Positions 24,574 through 37,830 of a DNA stretch of 64,000 nucleotides are shown here, in pieces. The notes under the pieces are model-generated. The model searched no databases, was not told where the DNA came from, and saw only the letters and a list, made by a program, of their open reading frames with translations. The position numbers and the translations under genes are program-made. The stretch covers positions 558,001 through 622,000 of the forward strand of contig JBHGNT010000002.1 in the NCBI GenBank assembly GCA_043228905.1, given 5' to 3'. This DNA comes from Azolla caroliniana. Its lineage: Eukaryota; Plantae; Polypodiophyta. Every line of letters begins with the position of its first letter. Position 1 is the stretch's first letter.

Positions 24574-27500
24574 TGCAAAGAATAGATGATGATTCTTTGT
24601 AGCGGAAGAACTGTGTGTGTGTGTGTGTGTGTGTGTGGGTGCGTGTGACAACCCCACCTCCTTGTATAGTAACTAGTGTGTCATAGAAGTTAATATACAA
24701 GGAGGTGGGGTTGTCACACACTTGAGTATCCTAGTGTGTGTTCCCACACACGGGAAGTTGAGTTTGATTCTCAACACACCCCTTCAAACACAACTTCCGG
24801 TCGTCGGATGGTTAGTTCGGACTGGTGTTCGGGTCGGCGACTCCGACTTCGGCTTCGGCCGGTTCACTCCTACTACTCCTTACTCCTTCTCAAGCTCGGT
24901 TGGTTGACAATCGAAAGACCCAGGTTCGTCGTGAATTGTCGCAACTTGTCGACTCTTAGGACCTTGGTGAAGATGTCGGTCGTCAGCAAGTTTGTGCTGA
25001 TGTGTTGCAAGTCGACATCCTCGGCCAAAACACGCTCTCAAATGAAGTGATAGTGCACTTTGATGTGCTTAGTCCGAGCATGGAAGATTAGGTTCCAAGC
25101 GAGGTGAATATTGCTCATGTTGTCATCGTAGAGGAGAATCAGATCCTTGATGGGAACACCCATATCCGTCAAGATTCTCTTGAGCCAAACGGCTTCACAT
25201 GCGGCAACGGCCGCGCCCCTGTATTCGGCTTCGGTGTTCAACAGTGCAACTGTCGACTGCTTTTTGCTACTCCAGGAGATGGCTCCACTGTCAAGGGAGA
25301 AGACGAACCTTGAGATTGATCGTCTATTGGCTTTGTAGTCGGCCCAATCGGCATGTGTGTACCCTTTGAGTCTTGTCGGTGGGGTCGATCTGTAGAGGAT
25401 GCCGAAGTCCATGGTTCCATTCACATACCTTAGTACCCGCTTAGCATAGTCGAGATGGATGTCACGCGGGACTTTGCATGAACTGGCTACTCCTACTACT
25501 CCTTACTCCTTCTCAAGCTCGATTGGCCGACTGGGTAACTTAGGTCGGGTCGGGTAATTGTGAGGTAGATGAGGCTTCCGACTAGGTGACAATAGAGCGT
25601 TGGCTCACACTCTCTTCTGCCTGAGTCAACATTTAGCTTTAGACTTCGATTGAGCGGGGTAGTGACGGGCTTACATTGTGTCATCCCAAACTTGCAAAGA
25701 AGATTGAGGACATAGTGCCTTAGAGAAAGCATGATGCCGCCTGGAGTTCGAATTACTTCTATTCCTAGAAATTAATGAAACTCCTTCATGTCTTTCATTT
25801 CAAATCGGATGGAGAGGAGCTTCTTAATGTGCTTAATATATAGTAAATGCTCTCTTCCTATGACCAAGTCATCCACATAAATGATGATAAATACATGTCC
25901 TCTGGGGTTGCCCCGAATGAACTTGGAGTTATCGGACTTGGACATTCAAAAGCCGATTTGGTGAAGCTATTGTGTTATCTTCGAATGCCATGTTCTCGGT
26001 GCTTGCTTGAGACCGTATAGAGGCTTTTCGAATCGGCCGGCAACAACCAGATGCGTAGTTGACCCGAATTCGGGAGGATGTATCATGTACACCTCCTCTT
26101 CTAACTCGCCTTGGAGGAAGGCATTCTTCACGTCCATTTGATGGAGGTGCCACCCTTTTGCTATTGCAAGCGCGATCACGATGTCGCGAAGTTTCGCGCG
26201 CGCGTGTTACTTGGGCGGGACCACATGGGTCTTGGACTAGGGAGTACTCAAGGATAAATATTTATTTATTTATTTATTTTTAAATCTTATAAATATAAAG
26301 CACTCTTCGAACCCACTCTACGAATCCTCTCTATGAACCCACTCTACGAACTCTCTCTACGAAGCCTCTCTACGAACCAACTCTACGAACCAACTCTACA
26401 AACTCTCTATACGAACTTTCTCTACGAATCCACTCTATGAACCCTCTCTACGAATCCTCTCTGAGCAAGGGCTCATCGCCCTTTGTTTTGTGAGGTCGGT
26501 GGCTTTCGTTGATCACGACTTGTCGACGTCTTTATGAGGAGGAGAGGTGCATGGGCACGCTCGAAACGCTCCCTCGTCACAAGACGGCCGAACGTACAAG
26601 GAAGACACGAACAAGAAAGAAAGAAGGAAGGAAAGAAACACGAATGATAACGGTCGAAGAAGTAAATACGTGTTTGATTCAAATGCAAGAGGCCCCTTTA
26701 TAAGATAGGGTTTGATTACAATGGCAACTTCTAATTAACCACCAGCTCAATCAAAACATAAATACCAAATGCCCTTAGAGACAAGAGCAAATCCGAACAC
26801 GACGAAGATGAACACACGAGCACCACCAAAATGTCAACCCCAACGAACCACAACCACCCGAACGGCGAGCACACGGGCTTGCAACGACAAATGGGGCTCG
26901 CAACGTCGAAGCAACGAAGCTTGGGCTCACGAGCAGTTCGAGTGCCGACACGAAGCAGACGAGCACGTGGCGATGAGGGAATGACGGGGTATGAGATGAA
27001 GAGAAGTGGTGAAGAAGAAGATGAAGAGCTCCGAAGGAAAAATGGCGATAGTCTCCTCCTCCCACAATGTCCTCCCCAAATGAGCCCCCCTCGACCTCCT
27101 TTTATAGGAAAAAAGGAAGGGGGGTCGCCAATTTCGTCTTTAACGCAAAAAGGAATAAAATTCTTTAAATCACGCTGCATTGTAAGACTAGATTTGACCT
27201 GTGCACCTCTTAACTAGAAATCAATGTGACTATCCACTAGACCATTAACTCCCTTTTATATAATATATAATTCTATCTCTAGAAATTCATAGCCTGTCTC
27301 CCTCTACCTTTTATCTCTCCTCTCTCTTACTTTTTACACGAGCTTCTATACATCATTTCCACCCTTTCTTTTCCCTTCTAATTTGCATATGCACAATTAA
27401 TCGCCTTTGTGTGCACACATTGCAAATGCACATTTTGACCCCCCCCCCCCTTTACTTTTCCTTCTTGCATTTGTCTATTTACTCCTATGTTACAATTTTC

Positions 27501-28628
27501 CTAAGTATATGTGCAATGTTGCACATCTCGCTTTATTTGTTCCTCTCGGGTTTTTTCACCATGGCAAAAAATCCTCACGACAACGGTTCAAATGGTTATC
27601 ATCTTTGCCACCGGGGCAAAGGTCTCTTCATAATCGACATTGTCTGTGTACATGTAGCCCTTCGCCACAAGTCGAGCCTTGTACCGATTGACAATGTCAT
27701 CGACATTGTGCTTCACGTTGAAGGTCCACCGTCATCCAATTGCCTTTTGGTGGTGTGAAGAAGGGATGAGATCCCATGTCTCATTCTTGGAGAGTGCTTG
27801 CATATCCTCATTCATTGCTTCGACCCATCTAGGGTTCTTCACAACTTCGGAAAAGGTTTCTGGTTCTCGAATTGTCGTCGCCTTCATCATGAATGCATAA
27901 TGATATGCCATGTAGCCGTTGTAGCCGAATCGGTTGACTAAGTTCTTTTCTCGAGTGGAGCGACGTGGTTCTCCTGGTGTCCTCATGATGGGCACATCCA
28001 GTTCACCATGGTCACTGTCGGGTGAGTGATCCAATTCGTTTCTATCTGAGTCTTCGTACTCAGGCATTTTGGCCTTACCTTTGGTATCCGTTTTCAGACT
28101 TGGCCACGCGGTGCTTTGGTCGCTTGGACGCTCTTGTGGTCCACTCAACCTAGTTGAGATTGGACTTTCCTCTTATGTGAGTCTCAGTCGATCATCCTCC
28201 TCCGAATCTATGTCAAACTCGGTTTCGACTGTGCCAGATGGGGTTGATTGGACTGTATTCCAGGATGCCAACTCGTTGAATACGGCATCCCTACTCACTC
28301 GTACCTTCTTGGTGGAAGGGTTGAAGCACTTATACCCTTTTACTAGAGTGAGTACCCTATGAGTATACATTTCTTCGACTTGGGATCGAGCTTCTACCGC
28401 TTCACAAAGAGAAGCAGAAGGTGCTTATGTAGTTACCTTCTCTCTAGGTTCTCTCACTAAAGTCGCCTCTTGGGAAGGAGGTCGACTCTTAACTACTTAA
28501 AGAATATGTGTCATTGGATATTAACTTCTATGACACACTAGTTACTATACAAGGAGGCGAGGTTGTCACACACTTGAGTATCCTAGTGTGTGTTCCCACA
28601 CACGAGAAGTTGAGTTTGATTTTTAACA
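24574..28628 (-). mobile_element. Internally deleted Copia element in reverse orientation, inserted in the LINE RT
   Basis: TG at 24574 and CA at 28628; TSD CAATA (24569-24573 / 28629-28633). LTR end segments 24694-24776 and 28546-28628 match. PPT TTGAAGGGGTG on the - strand next to 24777. Minus-strand motifs KARLVAKG, HQMDVKNAF, YVDDL, AISWSSKKQ and TKHIKVHYH. Gag, PR and most of IN are missing. Confidence 0.9.
26182..27582 (-). mobile_element. Solo LTR (~1.4 kb, probably Gypsy-type) inserted in the RT of the inverted Copia
   Basis: Termini TGTCGCGA...TCACGACA form an imperfect inverted pair; flanks ACGA / ACGG. Removal restores DYEETFAPVAKMITI*TV|IALAIAKGW. TATA box on the - strand near 27100; CTCTACGAAYC subrepeats at 26310-26460. 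Confidence 0.8.
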
Positions 28629-31479
28629 CAATATATAAAATCTCGCAAAAACATTGTCATTGAGAGTGCAACCATTCTTACACGATTTGAGTCATATCAC
28701 CTAAACAAGTTTTATTCAGGAAGGAAGTATACTGGATAATTTGTTCTTTTGTTAGGAAGCCATTGCCTTGGCTCATAAGAAAAAAGTGGATTTAGTGATT
28801 TTGTTACTTGACTTTGAAAAAACATATGATCGAGTTGATTGGGAGACTTTCCTTCACGGTACTCTTGTAAGATTAGGTTTTCTAGAGAAATGGGTGATAG
28901 GAGTGTCTTCTTTGTACAATTCAGCGTGCAGTTATGTTCTGGTAGGAGGGGTTAAAGGTGATGGGTGTCAAATTTCCCGAAGTGTACGACAAGGGTGTCC
29001 ACTTGCACCATATTTATTTTTGTTTTTGTTGAAGCGATTAGTATTTATTTTACTATTGAAGAGGTTGGATTGAAAGGATGGGACAAATGTTGTCGATGTA
29101 GAATTTGCTGATGATACAAGTTTGTATCTGGATGGTCAGATTAATAATCTGCAGAAAATGTACACAACAGTGCAAACATTTTGTATGGCTTCAGGTGCAT
29201 CAATTAATTGGAATAAATCAATGGGTTTTTTGGTGTGGTCGAATTCCACAACTCCACAATGGAGTCCTCATCCAGATTTTCGATGGATTCCCAAGGGCAC
29301 TTCCGTTAGATATTTGGGATAAGTAGGTTTGAATATTTCTTCAAAAATTTAGGTTGCTTCTTTGCTATTGAAAATTAGGAAAAAACTATTGTTTTAGAAT
29401 AAAGCTAAACTATCATTTGCAAGGAGAATGATAGTCGTTAATCAAGTTTTGTTGTCTAGTCTTTGGTATATTATGTCATGTTGGAATTTTTTCCAGATCA
29501 TGTATGGGACAATTACAAAGATTGATTTGGAATCATTTGTGGTCTAGTAATGATGGAAGCCATGCAAAGGCAAAGGTCTCTTGGTCTATGATTGTTAAGC
29601 CATTGGATCAGGGAGGATTAGAGATTGTAGATCCATTACAACAGTCCAAAGCTTTGATTGCAAAATTGGTGATTCAAGGATTGTTGTTAGGATCAAAACC
29701 TTGGAAACAATTGTTGTTTAATGAATTGCAAAAGTTTTGTCCCAAAACTGGTGGGGATTGGAGGCCTAGTTTTAGATGGGCTTTTATGGAACATAACAAA
29801 TTGGCTATTGCCACAAACTTGGAAGACAGATTTGAATGATTTGTTCTTAATGCATGGAAAGATGTTTCTCTTGATTTATTTAAGACATTGCCAAAAATAT
29901 AATCTGAATTCTGTAGACAACCCCTAATTTGGAATTCATGGTTGACTGATCAGAGAGGACAGATGTTGGGAAGGCGTGCTAGATGTGCATGGGCAGAATT
30001 AGATCGTGGGCCAACACAATCCATAGGTGCATGGACAACATTTTTGTCTAAACCTATAGATCAACAAATGATACCGAATAGTAATATAAGGGGTGGGAAG
30101 ATAATGTATTCTGAAATACAAAATGCCCTTTCTAATATTCAAATGCAAATTGGATCTGCTACACAGAAGTGGATGGGTTTATTTACTCCATTGGATGTTT
30201 TAATTAGAGTTAAAGCTAGCTATATTGGGGAACAAGAGTGTATGAGTTTTGAGGTACAAGATGATGGTAGGTTAATCTTTACACCTAAGGAAAATAATTT
30301 GTTTAGGTTTTGTTTGCATAAAGAAGTGAGGATGATTGCAAATAATGGACCAAATTGGGTCTTAGACCCGAATCCACAAACGGTGAATTATTTTTGGAGG
30401 ATTTGGATTATGGAAAGGAGACCAATCTCTAGATTAACTTGGGATCCTTGAGAACTGTATTGGAAGGTGTGGGTGCAAGATCACATCAAATACGTGCCTT
30501 TCTTTCAATATTCTATGAAGATTGGTAGGAAAATATTAGGTGCTAGATCATGGAAAGAACCAACTGCAAATGTTGTTTGCAGACGAAATGGATTTTCTCC
30601 ACAACATCTCAAACAATTTTGGAAATGGCTATGGGGTATATAGATGGGTAGGAAAATTGTTTGTTTTTTATGGTTGTTGGTTCATAAAGTTATATTAGTT
30701 AATTGGTGGCGAAAAGGAAATGCAGACAAGATGTGCCCTTTCTGTACGGATTTAATAGAGATTGCTAAACATTGTTTGTGGTGTTGTGGTTTTGCTATGG
30801 ACATATGGAAACGAATCATAAAATTATTAACTCTAGTATATCCTAGAGCAGTGTATACATGGGGTGCAATATTATGGGCGGTGGTACATTATAAACCTAT
30901 GATATATGAACTAGAGGAGGTTGTAGTTGCTATTGTGATGAGACATGGTTTGATGGAAAAAAATTTGATCCCTTTGAATCCACAAATACAAACTGATAAA
31001 CCTCAAATATAACAATTGGTAGGTAGTATTGCAATTTTGTATATTTGGAAGGCTCGATGTTTGAAGGTATTTCAAAATGTGACTGAAAGACCTACCCAAA
31101 TCATTTCTGGAATTTGGATAGAGATTGTGCATAATCTCAGAGGGTTGTTGGATAGTATAAAAGGTAATACACACCAAGCGGAGCGTAAGCGTTTGGAGTT
31201 TCATGCCATCTGGGACATAGGTATATTTTATAGACGACTTTTCGATAAGGTGGAGTGGTTTTACTCAACACCAAAGTATTTATTTAAGCCAATGGTTAGA
31301 ATTTAGAAAAATATAGGGGATCTGTCGTATATCTTGTATGTTTAGCCTTATGGTGCTTTCTAATACTAATGTAGTATCTATTTTTGGAAGAAAAAAAAGA
31401 AAAAAAAATATCAATGATTAATCAATACCTTTTTACTTTTCCTAATTACTACAAGCTCACTTTTTAGCCAGAAGCAGAA

Positions 31480-32755
31480 TCAATAAGTGTGGTTGTTAAG
31501 GGTGTTTCACCTAATGGGCGTGTTTTGTATTTTGAGGGCCTAGACAACAATAAATTGCAATCTTATACCTTTCATTGCAGTTATCTACAGGACTTGCGAA
31601 GTGCACCAATCATAGTGGTTGCTAAAACTGGAAAGAAATGGATCCTTGATCCTTATCCGTCAATTGCTCATATGTGTGATATCCTGTTGTTATACGCAAA
31701 AGATCATGTTGCAAGATTAACATGGGATCCATGGGGTTGGCTTTGGTCACACTCCTTGGGGGAAAAGATCGTAAAGGTCCCATTCTTTCAGTACTCAGTA
31801 AAACTTGGAAGATCATTACTGCTCTCTCGGAATGTAACGATACCAACAGCTTAGAAACATTGGACCAATTGGGGTGTCTCAACTTTGCATTTGAGAACCT
31901 ACTGGAAATGGATCTGGTCATTCAAGGGGCCAACTAAATTTATTCTCTTTCGATGGTTATTAGTGCATATGGCACTACCAGTTGGTCATTCATTGAAAGG
32001 GAATGTAGCACCCAATTTGCCACAATGTGGCTTTTGCCATGAACCTCAGGAGACTACCAATCATGTCCTATGGTCTTGTCCCTTTTCTCAACAAGTATGG
32101 AAGAAAGTTATTTCTTTATTCCTAACAATCAATGTTGGTTGCCTATTCTCATGGGGATCAGCGATCTGGGGAGTATTACATTCTAGGTTGATGTTGTATA
32201 AGGCAAACGATGTTCATGAGGCAATGACAATACATAATAGAAGATTGATATTAGTTAGTCCCTTCCAACAACCTCGAAAGCGGGTGCGACATGTCCATAT
32301 TTGGAAAACAGTGACCACAATAACATTATGGGCATTATGGAAATATCGATGTAATCGACTTTATGATGCGGTAGACATTCATGTCTTGGATGTGTTGTTT
32401 GAGATATGGGAGAACTTGCTGGCAATAGTCCGTGGCTAGTATGATAATATGCAGGGTTCCCCAGATATTGTGAACAAGAAAAGGAAAAAGCTTCTTCACT
32501 TATGGAAAAAGTTGCCCCTATTTACAATGTCAACTCAAGAGCCTCAATGGCAATATCGACTTCCATGGACTTTTTCTTGAATATCAACAAATGTAAACAT
32601 CTTCTACAAAGTTCGATATTTGGTCCTAGGATTATTCTACATCATTGTATAAGAAAAGTTGTAACCTCCTTGCCAGCTAGGTTCAAGTTGTAGCCTTCGA
32701 GCATTTTTTCTTAATACTATTGAAGAAAATCATTTAAAAAGAAAAATTAAAAAGA
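31480..32755 (+). mobile_element. 3' fragment of a second, diverged LINE related to the first (C-terminal domain and zf-RVT)
   Basis: Motifs WILDP, RLTWDPW, VPFFQYSVKLGR, CGFCHEPQET..HVLWSC and LWALWKYRC are colinear with 30350-31300; A-rich end near 32740. Confidence 0.85.
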
Positions 32756-34941
32756 TAAGTATGAATCTCTTTATCAATCCATGCCCACAGTCTTACTATA
32801 AGTGTAAATTGTAATTATCAAATCAATACCTACTCTAAAAACTAAGAAATTCCCAATTTTCTAATTTGAGAAGAATCTCATTTCCTATGGCTTAAGGTAT
32901 AAATGTGTATTTAATCTTGATTGTCATGTGATTATAACCTTCAACATTGGTCACCCATATACTTGGTAATTTGCTAATGGACAAGCAAATTTAGAAATTT
33001 TTGGAACTTAATAAGTAATGTGGTAGTTCCCCATTTTAAATTGATTGGGGAAAACGTTAAAATAAGCATAATTTGACATTATTTAGAAATACAATCGTAA
33101 CAAATATGGCATAACCCCATATATCCAACAATGTTGGCTTATATATGAGTTTCTCTTGCATTGTGTTGCTATGGCCTTGAAAAGGTATGCAATGAGAACA
33201 TGCACTCGAAAGGGTTTCCTAATATGTATGGAGAAAATTTCAGATAATGTTGACCGTCATATTAATATGAAAGTTTGAATAATCATGTTGTAATGAGGCC
33301 AATGTTTGAATCTTGAACCGATGTTATTAGCTGATGTTAGATGAAGAGAGCTCTACCAAGTTGAACAATAATTGAAATAACGCCATGTGTTCGGTTAAGC
33401 ATAGGAATATATGTTTTGTATGTTTTTAGGGTGAACGTCCCTAGAAGACATCAATAAGGGCCTCACCAACATTTCGCAAGTTAAGAAAAGTGTGATCACC
33501 ACCTATCCAAGGGAGGTACAATTACAACCACCTAATTTGTCTGATTGCCATCAAAATTTGGTGGAGAGAACCATGCCCAAATACATTAAGAGAGGGGGAG
33601 GGCAAAAAATCATATGCATGCAAAGTACCTCCCATGTTGAGGTTCTCCAAACCTTTTACGTCTTTTTTTATAGCATTGGCAATTCATTTCTTCCATAGTT
33701 TTTTCCTTCCTCTAATGATATTGATTTTTACTTAGGGCTCCTAATGTGAATGGGATGTTTTCTAAACATTTGTCTTAATCTATATTAATATTATATTAAA
33801 ATTTTCCTTTTTGGTCCAAAATCACTCTTGATTGGCCTTATCATTACTTATTTATGTTTGGCCCTTGAGGCATTCCATCATAGACACTCTCCAAGTTGTT
33901 ATCAATGCTTGTTTCCTTCATAGGTTTACACAACTTGTTTTGGGATCCTTTCATACACTTGTGAGCATCATCCAACTTGGTTTGCACTCCTATGACACAA
34001 CACAAAATCATGATTTGGATCTTTGAAATGACATTTAAACAACAAACAATGAGTCTAAGATTGACTTTCTTTGAAGGTTTCCTAACTGAGCGAACTTGGT
34101 GGCCTCAAACTCGGTGTAGGGACATGGGCATCTACAAGCACACAAGATTCATATGGCCCCCAAAATCTCACACTCCTTGAGGATGGATGGCTTTGTATGT
34201 TCACCCAACTTGGTTCATCCAATTATTTTGCTTCTAATTTCCAATCTCTAATTACAAACCATGGAAATTTTTTATCTGTCTTCTTTGAAGTCTTTGAATC
34301 AATATCATCCTACCCTATTTAAGGTATTGATTTTGTAAGACATTCATCGTTAACCCCAATTTTTTTAGACATTCAACTCCTTTCATATCTAAATGACCTT
34401 CCCCTCATGCTCCCTTTCATTGACATCCGGAAAACTCTGCCACAATATTAGACTCTCTTTGATACATTCATCTTCTTGTAAATGTATATTTAAATTAGAA
34501 CAACATGACAATACATCAAACCCCTTATATCCTTACTACAATTGTCAGGGTCTTATGGTAAGGTAATCTCTTTAAGGTGTCGAAATACTAAGTGACATAA
34601 ACCCAAAATGCCTCTTTGGTGGCAAAAAGCCTACAAAACTTAGTTGCAAATTTTGCCAAATCAATTTAAATTTCCTTTTATCCTACAAACATGTTGCACT
34701 CCATGGAGACCATCAATCACAAACCCATTTCTCAAACTCCAATTGTATCGTATATCTCAATACATAAGGTAGTAAAGACAACCTTATATGATGTTGAGGT
34801 AAAGCTATGGTTCTCAAATGAGAACCCAAGTGATAAAAGATTCCCAATTTTGAGACATAACAACCCAATTGCCTTAGAAATTGGGCATGTAGGAATCTAT
34901 GTCTACCATCCTCCTCGATCATTGTACAGGGAAATCATGCT

Positions 34942-35089
34942 TGTTACGGGCATGACCATATAATATCCCGTGGTAAGATTGTACTGTAGTATTCTTTACA
35001 CTCTCGTTTTACCCTCACACATTATCCACGTGTATTGAATACTACAGTACAATCTTACCACGGGATATTATATGGTCATGCTTGTAACA
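34942..35089. mobile_element. 148-bp fold-back miniature element with 53-bp terminal inverted repeats
   Basis: Arms 34942-34994 and 35037-35089 are reverse complements (45 bp perfect, 2 mismatches). Ends are TGTTAC..GTAACA; flanks are ATGCT / ATGCC. Confidence 0.7.
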
Positions 35090-36024
35090 ATGCCCCATGG
35101 GAAATGTGACGGCATTTTATAGTTATTGTTAAGGGGCAACCCATCCACCATTGCTCATGAAATAAAAAAATTCACATGAAATGGAAGATAAAATGCCATT
35201 GTACATCTAAAACCCAATGTCATCGTTTTATAAATAGATAATATGCCAATCTACGTGAGGCCTTCATCAATAGCCAAGCTTTATCCTCAATCAGCTTATG
35301 ATATACATCATTGGTGTGCATCACTATTATCAATTTCTTACGATCAAATAACCAATATTTCCATGATTCCTCAACCACCAATTCAGAGTAAAGGCCATGA
35401 GAACATACATTGCAACTATTACTCACCAAGTATAGTGATATCCAAGAGGTGTATGAAACCTGGTGCTCATTGTCCTAAAGATCATGATCAACTTATCACT
35501 CTCTTGCACATCAAGCCTAGCCATACAATTGAATTCAAGTGGTGAAGATGTGACACCTCGGTTGGTAGAGAGTCAATATATTTTCTACACTTGAGTGGTT
35601 CCCATTTTACCAATTCTAAACTTCTTAACAATTGAACCATGATAGATTTTAAGCATTTAAATGATCGATCACTATTAATATCGTGGCGATATGAATATTC
35701 AATTCTTGTTCTCCAATGGTATATACTAATATTCTCCATAAAATATAACAAATTATCTTTGTCCAAGATTTAGGGTTTAGATTGTAGGCCATATGAATCT
35801 ATGATCCTCCAAATTTAGTTGGGATGTGCCTCCTAAGCATTTTGGGTATATACATGCCTCCATGAAACCCAACCCTTGCCAATTCTTGACTCATTCTTCC
35901 ACAATGTATTCTAAAGTGAATGATCAAGCAATTTCGTTGTCCATTGTAGAGATGATAAGAAATCATTAGAATCATTATTTTTATTTTTTCTCTTCCTAAA
36001 AATATACTCCTTGGTATTATGAAA

Positions 36025-36290
36025 TCATAAGAAATACAAAAGTTGTATTGGATAAACAAATATACCAACCGATTCCCTTGTACTCTCATCATAGTTGATT
36101 TGTTGAGCATAGCCAACAATAAAGGCTGACCAAGCAAACACATATCGAAGATGAAGGTATTCCAGTTCTTTTCTTGCTTTCTCAAGCATACCACATGTAA
36201 CATACATATGAACCAAAGCAGTGGCAAGAAAACATTATTCTCCAACAATTTCCTTTTCATGACCTCATCATGAATCTAGAGCAAGACCTT
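36025..36290 (-). pseudogene. Frameshifted PLS-class pentatricopeptide repeat (PPR) gene remnant
   Basis: KRKLLENNVFLATALVHMYVTCGMLEKARKELEYLHLRYVFAWSAFIVGYAQQ matches the ALVDMYxKCG..A..F......V..W..I.GY PLS pattern; surrounding frames are broken. Confidence 0.75.
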
Positions 36291-37304
36291 AACTTCACAT
36301 TCGTTCATAGATTCTCAATACTTTGTTATTTTGTTCATTTTGCACACATCCGTCGATCATAATATTCCAAGAAACTACAGCTCGGACGGGAAACTCTTCA
36401 AGTACATCTTGCGCTTTAATAATCAAACCACATTATTTCTAGTACTAGTTCAAGTCAAGTAGCAAACAACCATGCTTAGGACTTCCAATATACAAACTAA
36501 TTAAAGACTGTACCCGATATCCAATTTAAACGTCAAGAATGAAGATAACAATAGGGGGGCAATAGGGTAACCTAAAGGGCAAAAACCCTCGCCATAATAT
36601 TTTTCCAAGTCATCCAAGACCAACCAAAAATCTCTTAATGCATCACATAAGGACAAATTATGCATAATAATATTCAAATTTGATGCCAATGCAAAAACAT
36701 TCCACACTTCTAAAACATTAATATTGATACAAGGTGTGTAGGCTTCTAGGACATCAAATAAATATACATTGTTGCGTTCTGTGGGTGTGGGTCTCCTATA
36801 TTTTTTCACAAAGCTTTGTAAACATATATATCGAATGGTGCACTAGTCAAGTGATCCCCATGAAGCATGCAAAGGTTAATCATACACTCATCCACCTTGG
36901 ACGAACAATTTCATCAATAACATCTTTATATTTCACTATATTAAATATAATGAATATTTGTCAGCTTGAAGGAGTGATTTGAGAGAGAGTTGCCTAATTT
37001 TGCAAATTCTATCAGAGGAAATTGAAAGTTGATATCACTCATATATCCATGCTATCATTGCATGTTTTTAGGATCATTGTATATAATCTTTTGAGGAAGG
37101 AGAGATAGTCATTAACATCCAAGAAGAGGTGAATGTAGTCTCTCTCTTTTTGTCTCTTTTTGTAGATTACCTTACCCTACTAGTAAGTTATTAGTTTACT
37201 CGCCTCGCCCTAAGTCTTGGGTTCGTGACCTAATTTTCTCACCTCTCTATTACATACTCCATACATATCCTCTTAATTTACTAGATGCCATTGTGGAATG
37301 TACA

Positions 37305-37830
37305 ATTTGAACCCATTACATTTTGGTCTCCATTCGGCAATATTATAAACTGAACTCACTCACTCTCTCACTCTCTCACTCTCTCTCTACATAAAACATT
37401 TATGAGTGTTTAGTGGCTCCTTTCCATGACTTGCTCCTAATTTAATTGCATCCTCTAGATCAACACATTCAACGAACTAAAATTGATTTGTTAGTAGGTC
37501 CTCGTTTGAACCCATGACCTTTTGGTCTCAATTGGGCAACATTACAAACTGAACTCACACACACACACACACACACACACTCTCTCTCTCTACATAAAAT
37601 CTTTATGAGTGTTTAATGGCTCCTTTCCATGACCTACTCCTAATTTAATTGCATCCTCTAGATCAACACATTTGATGACCCAAATTTGATTTGTTAATAG
37701 GTCCTCGTTGCTCTCAATCTCCTTTTTTATTTGAAGGCATATTTAAATAATATTGTCAACTCACTCTACAAACTAAATTTGATATTGTTAATAGGTCCTC
37801 ATTGCTTGATCTCCCGTTTTATTTCAAGGC
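37305..37830. repeat. Diverged tandem duplication (~200-210-bp unit, 2 copies plus partial copies) containing CA/CT microsatellites
   Basis: TTTGAACCCAT..TTGGTCTC..AAACTGAACTCAC..CTACATAAAA..GCATCCTCTAGATCAACACATT..TAGGTCCTCG occurs at ~37306 and ~37505. Confidence 0.8.

Larger units (their letters stand above)
23634..31409 (+). mobile_element. 5'-truncated, degenerate L1-type LINE ORF2 (end of endonuclease, RT, zf-RVT, A-rich tail), split by a Copia insertion
   Basis: Motifs SDHAPVVL, KWRPIALLNT|IYKI (rejoined across 24573/28634), LDFEKTYDRVDW, SVRQGCPLAPYLF, EFADDT, VRYLG and CPFC..E..KHCLW.C; A-rich tail at ~31388-31409; multiple stops and frameshifts. Confidence 0.9.

Noticed and set aside
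33000-35900. Possible degraded Gypsy or PPR remnants
   Set aside because: Only vague peptide hints and no diagnostic motif that I can support by eye.
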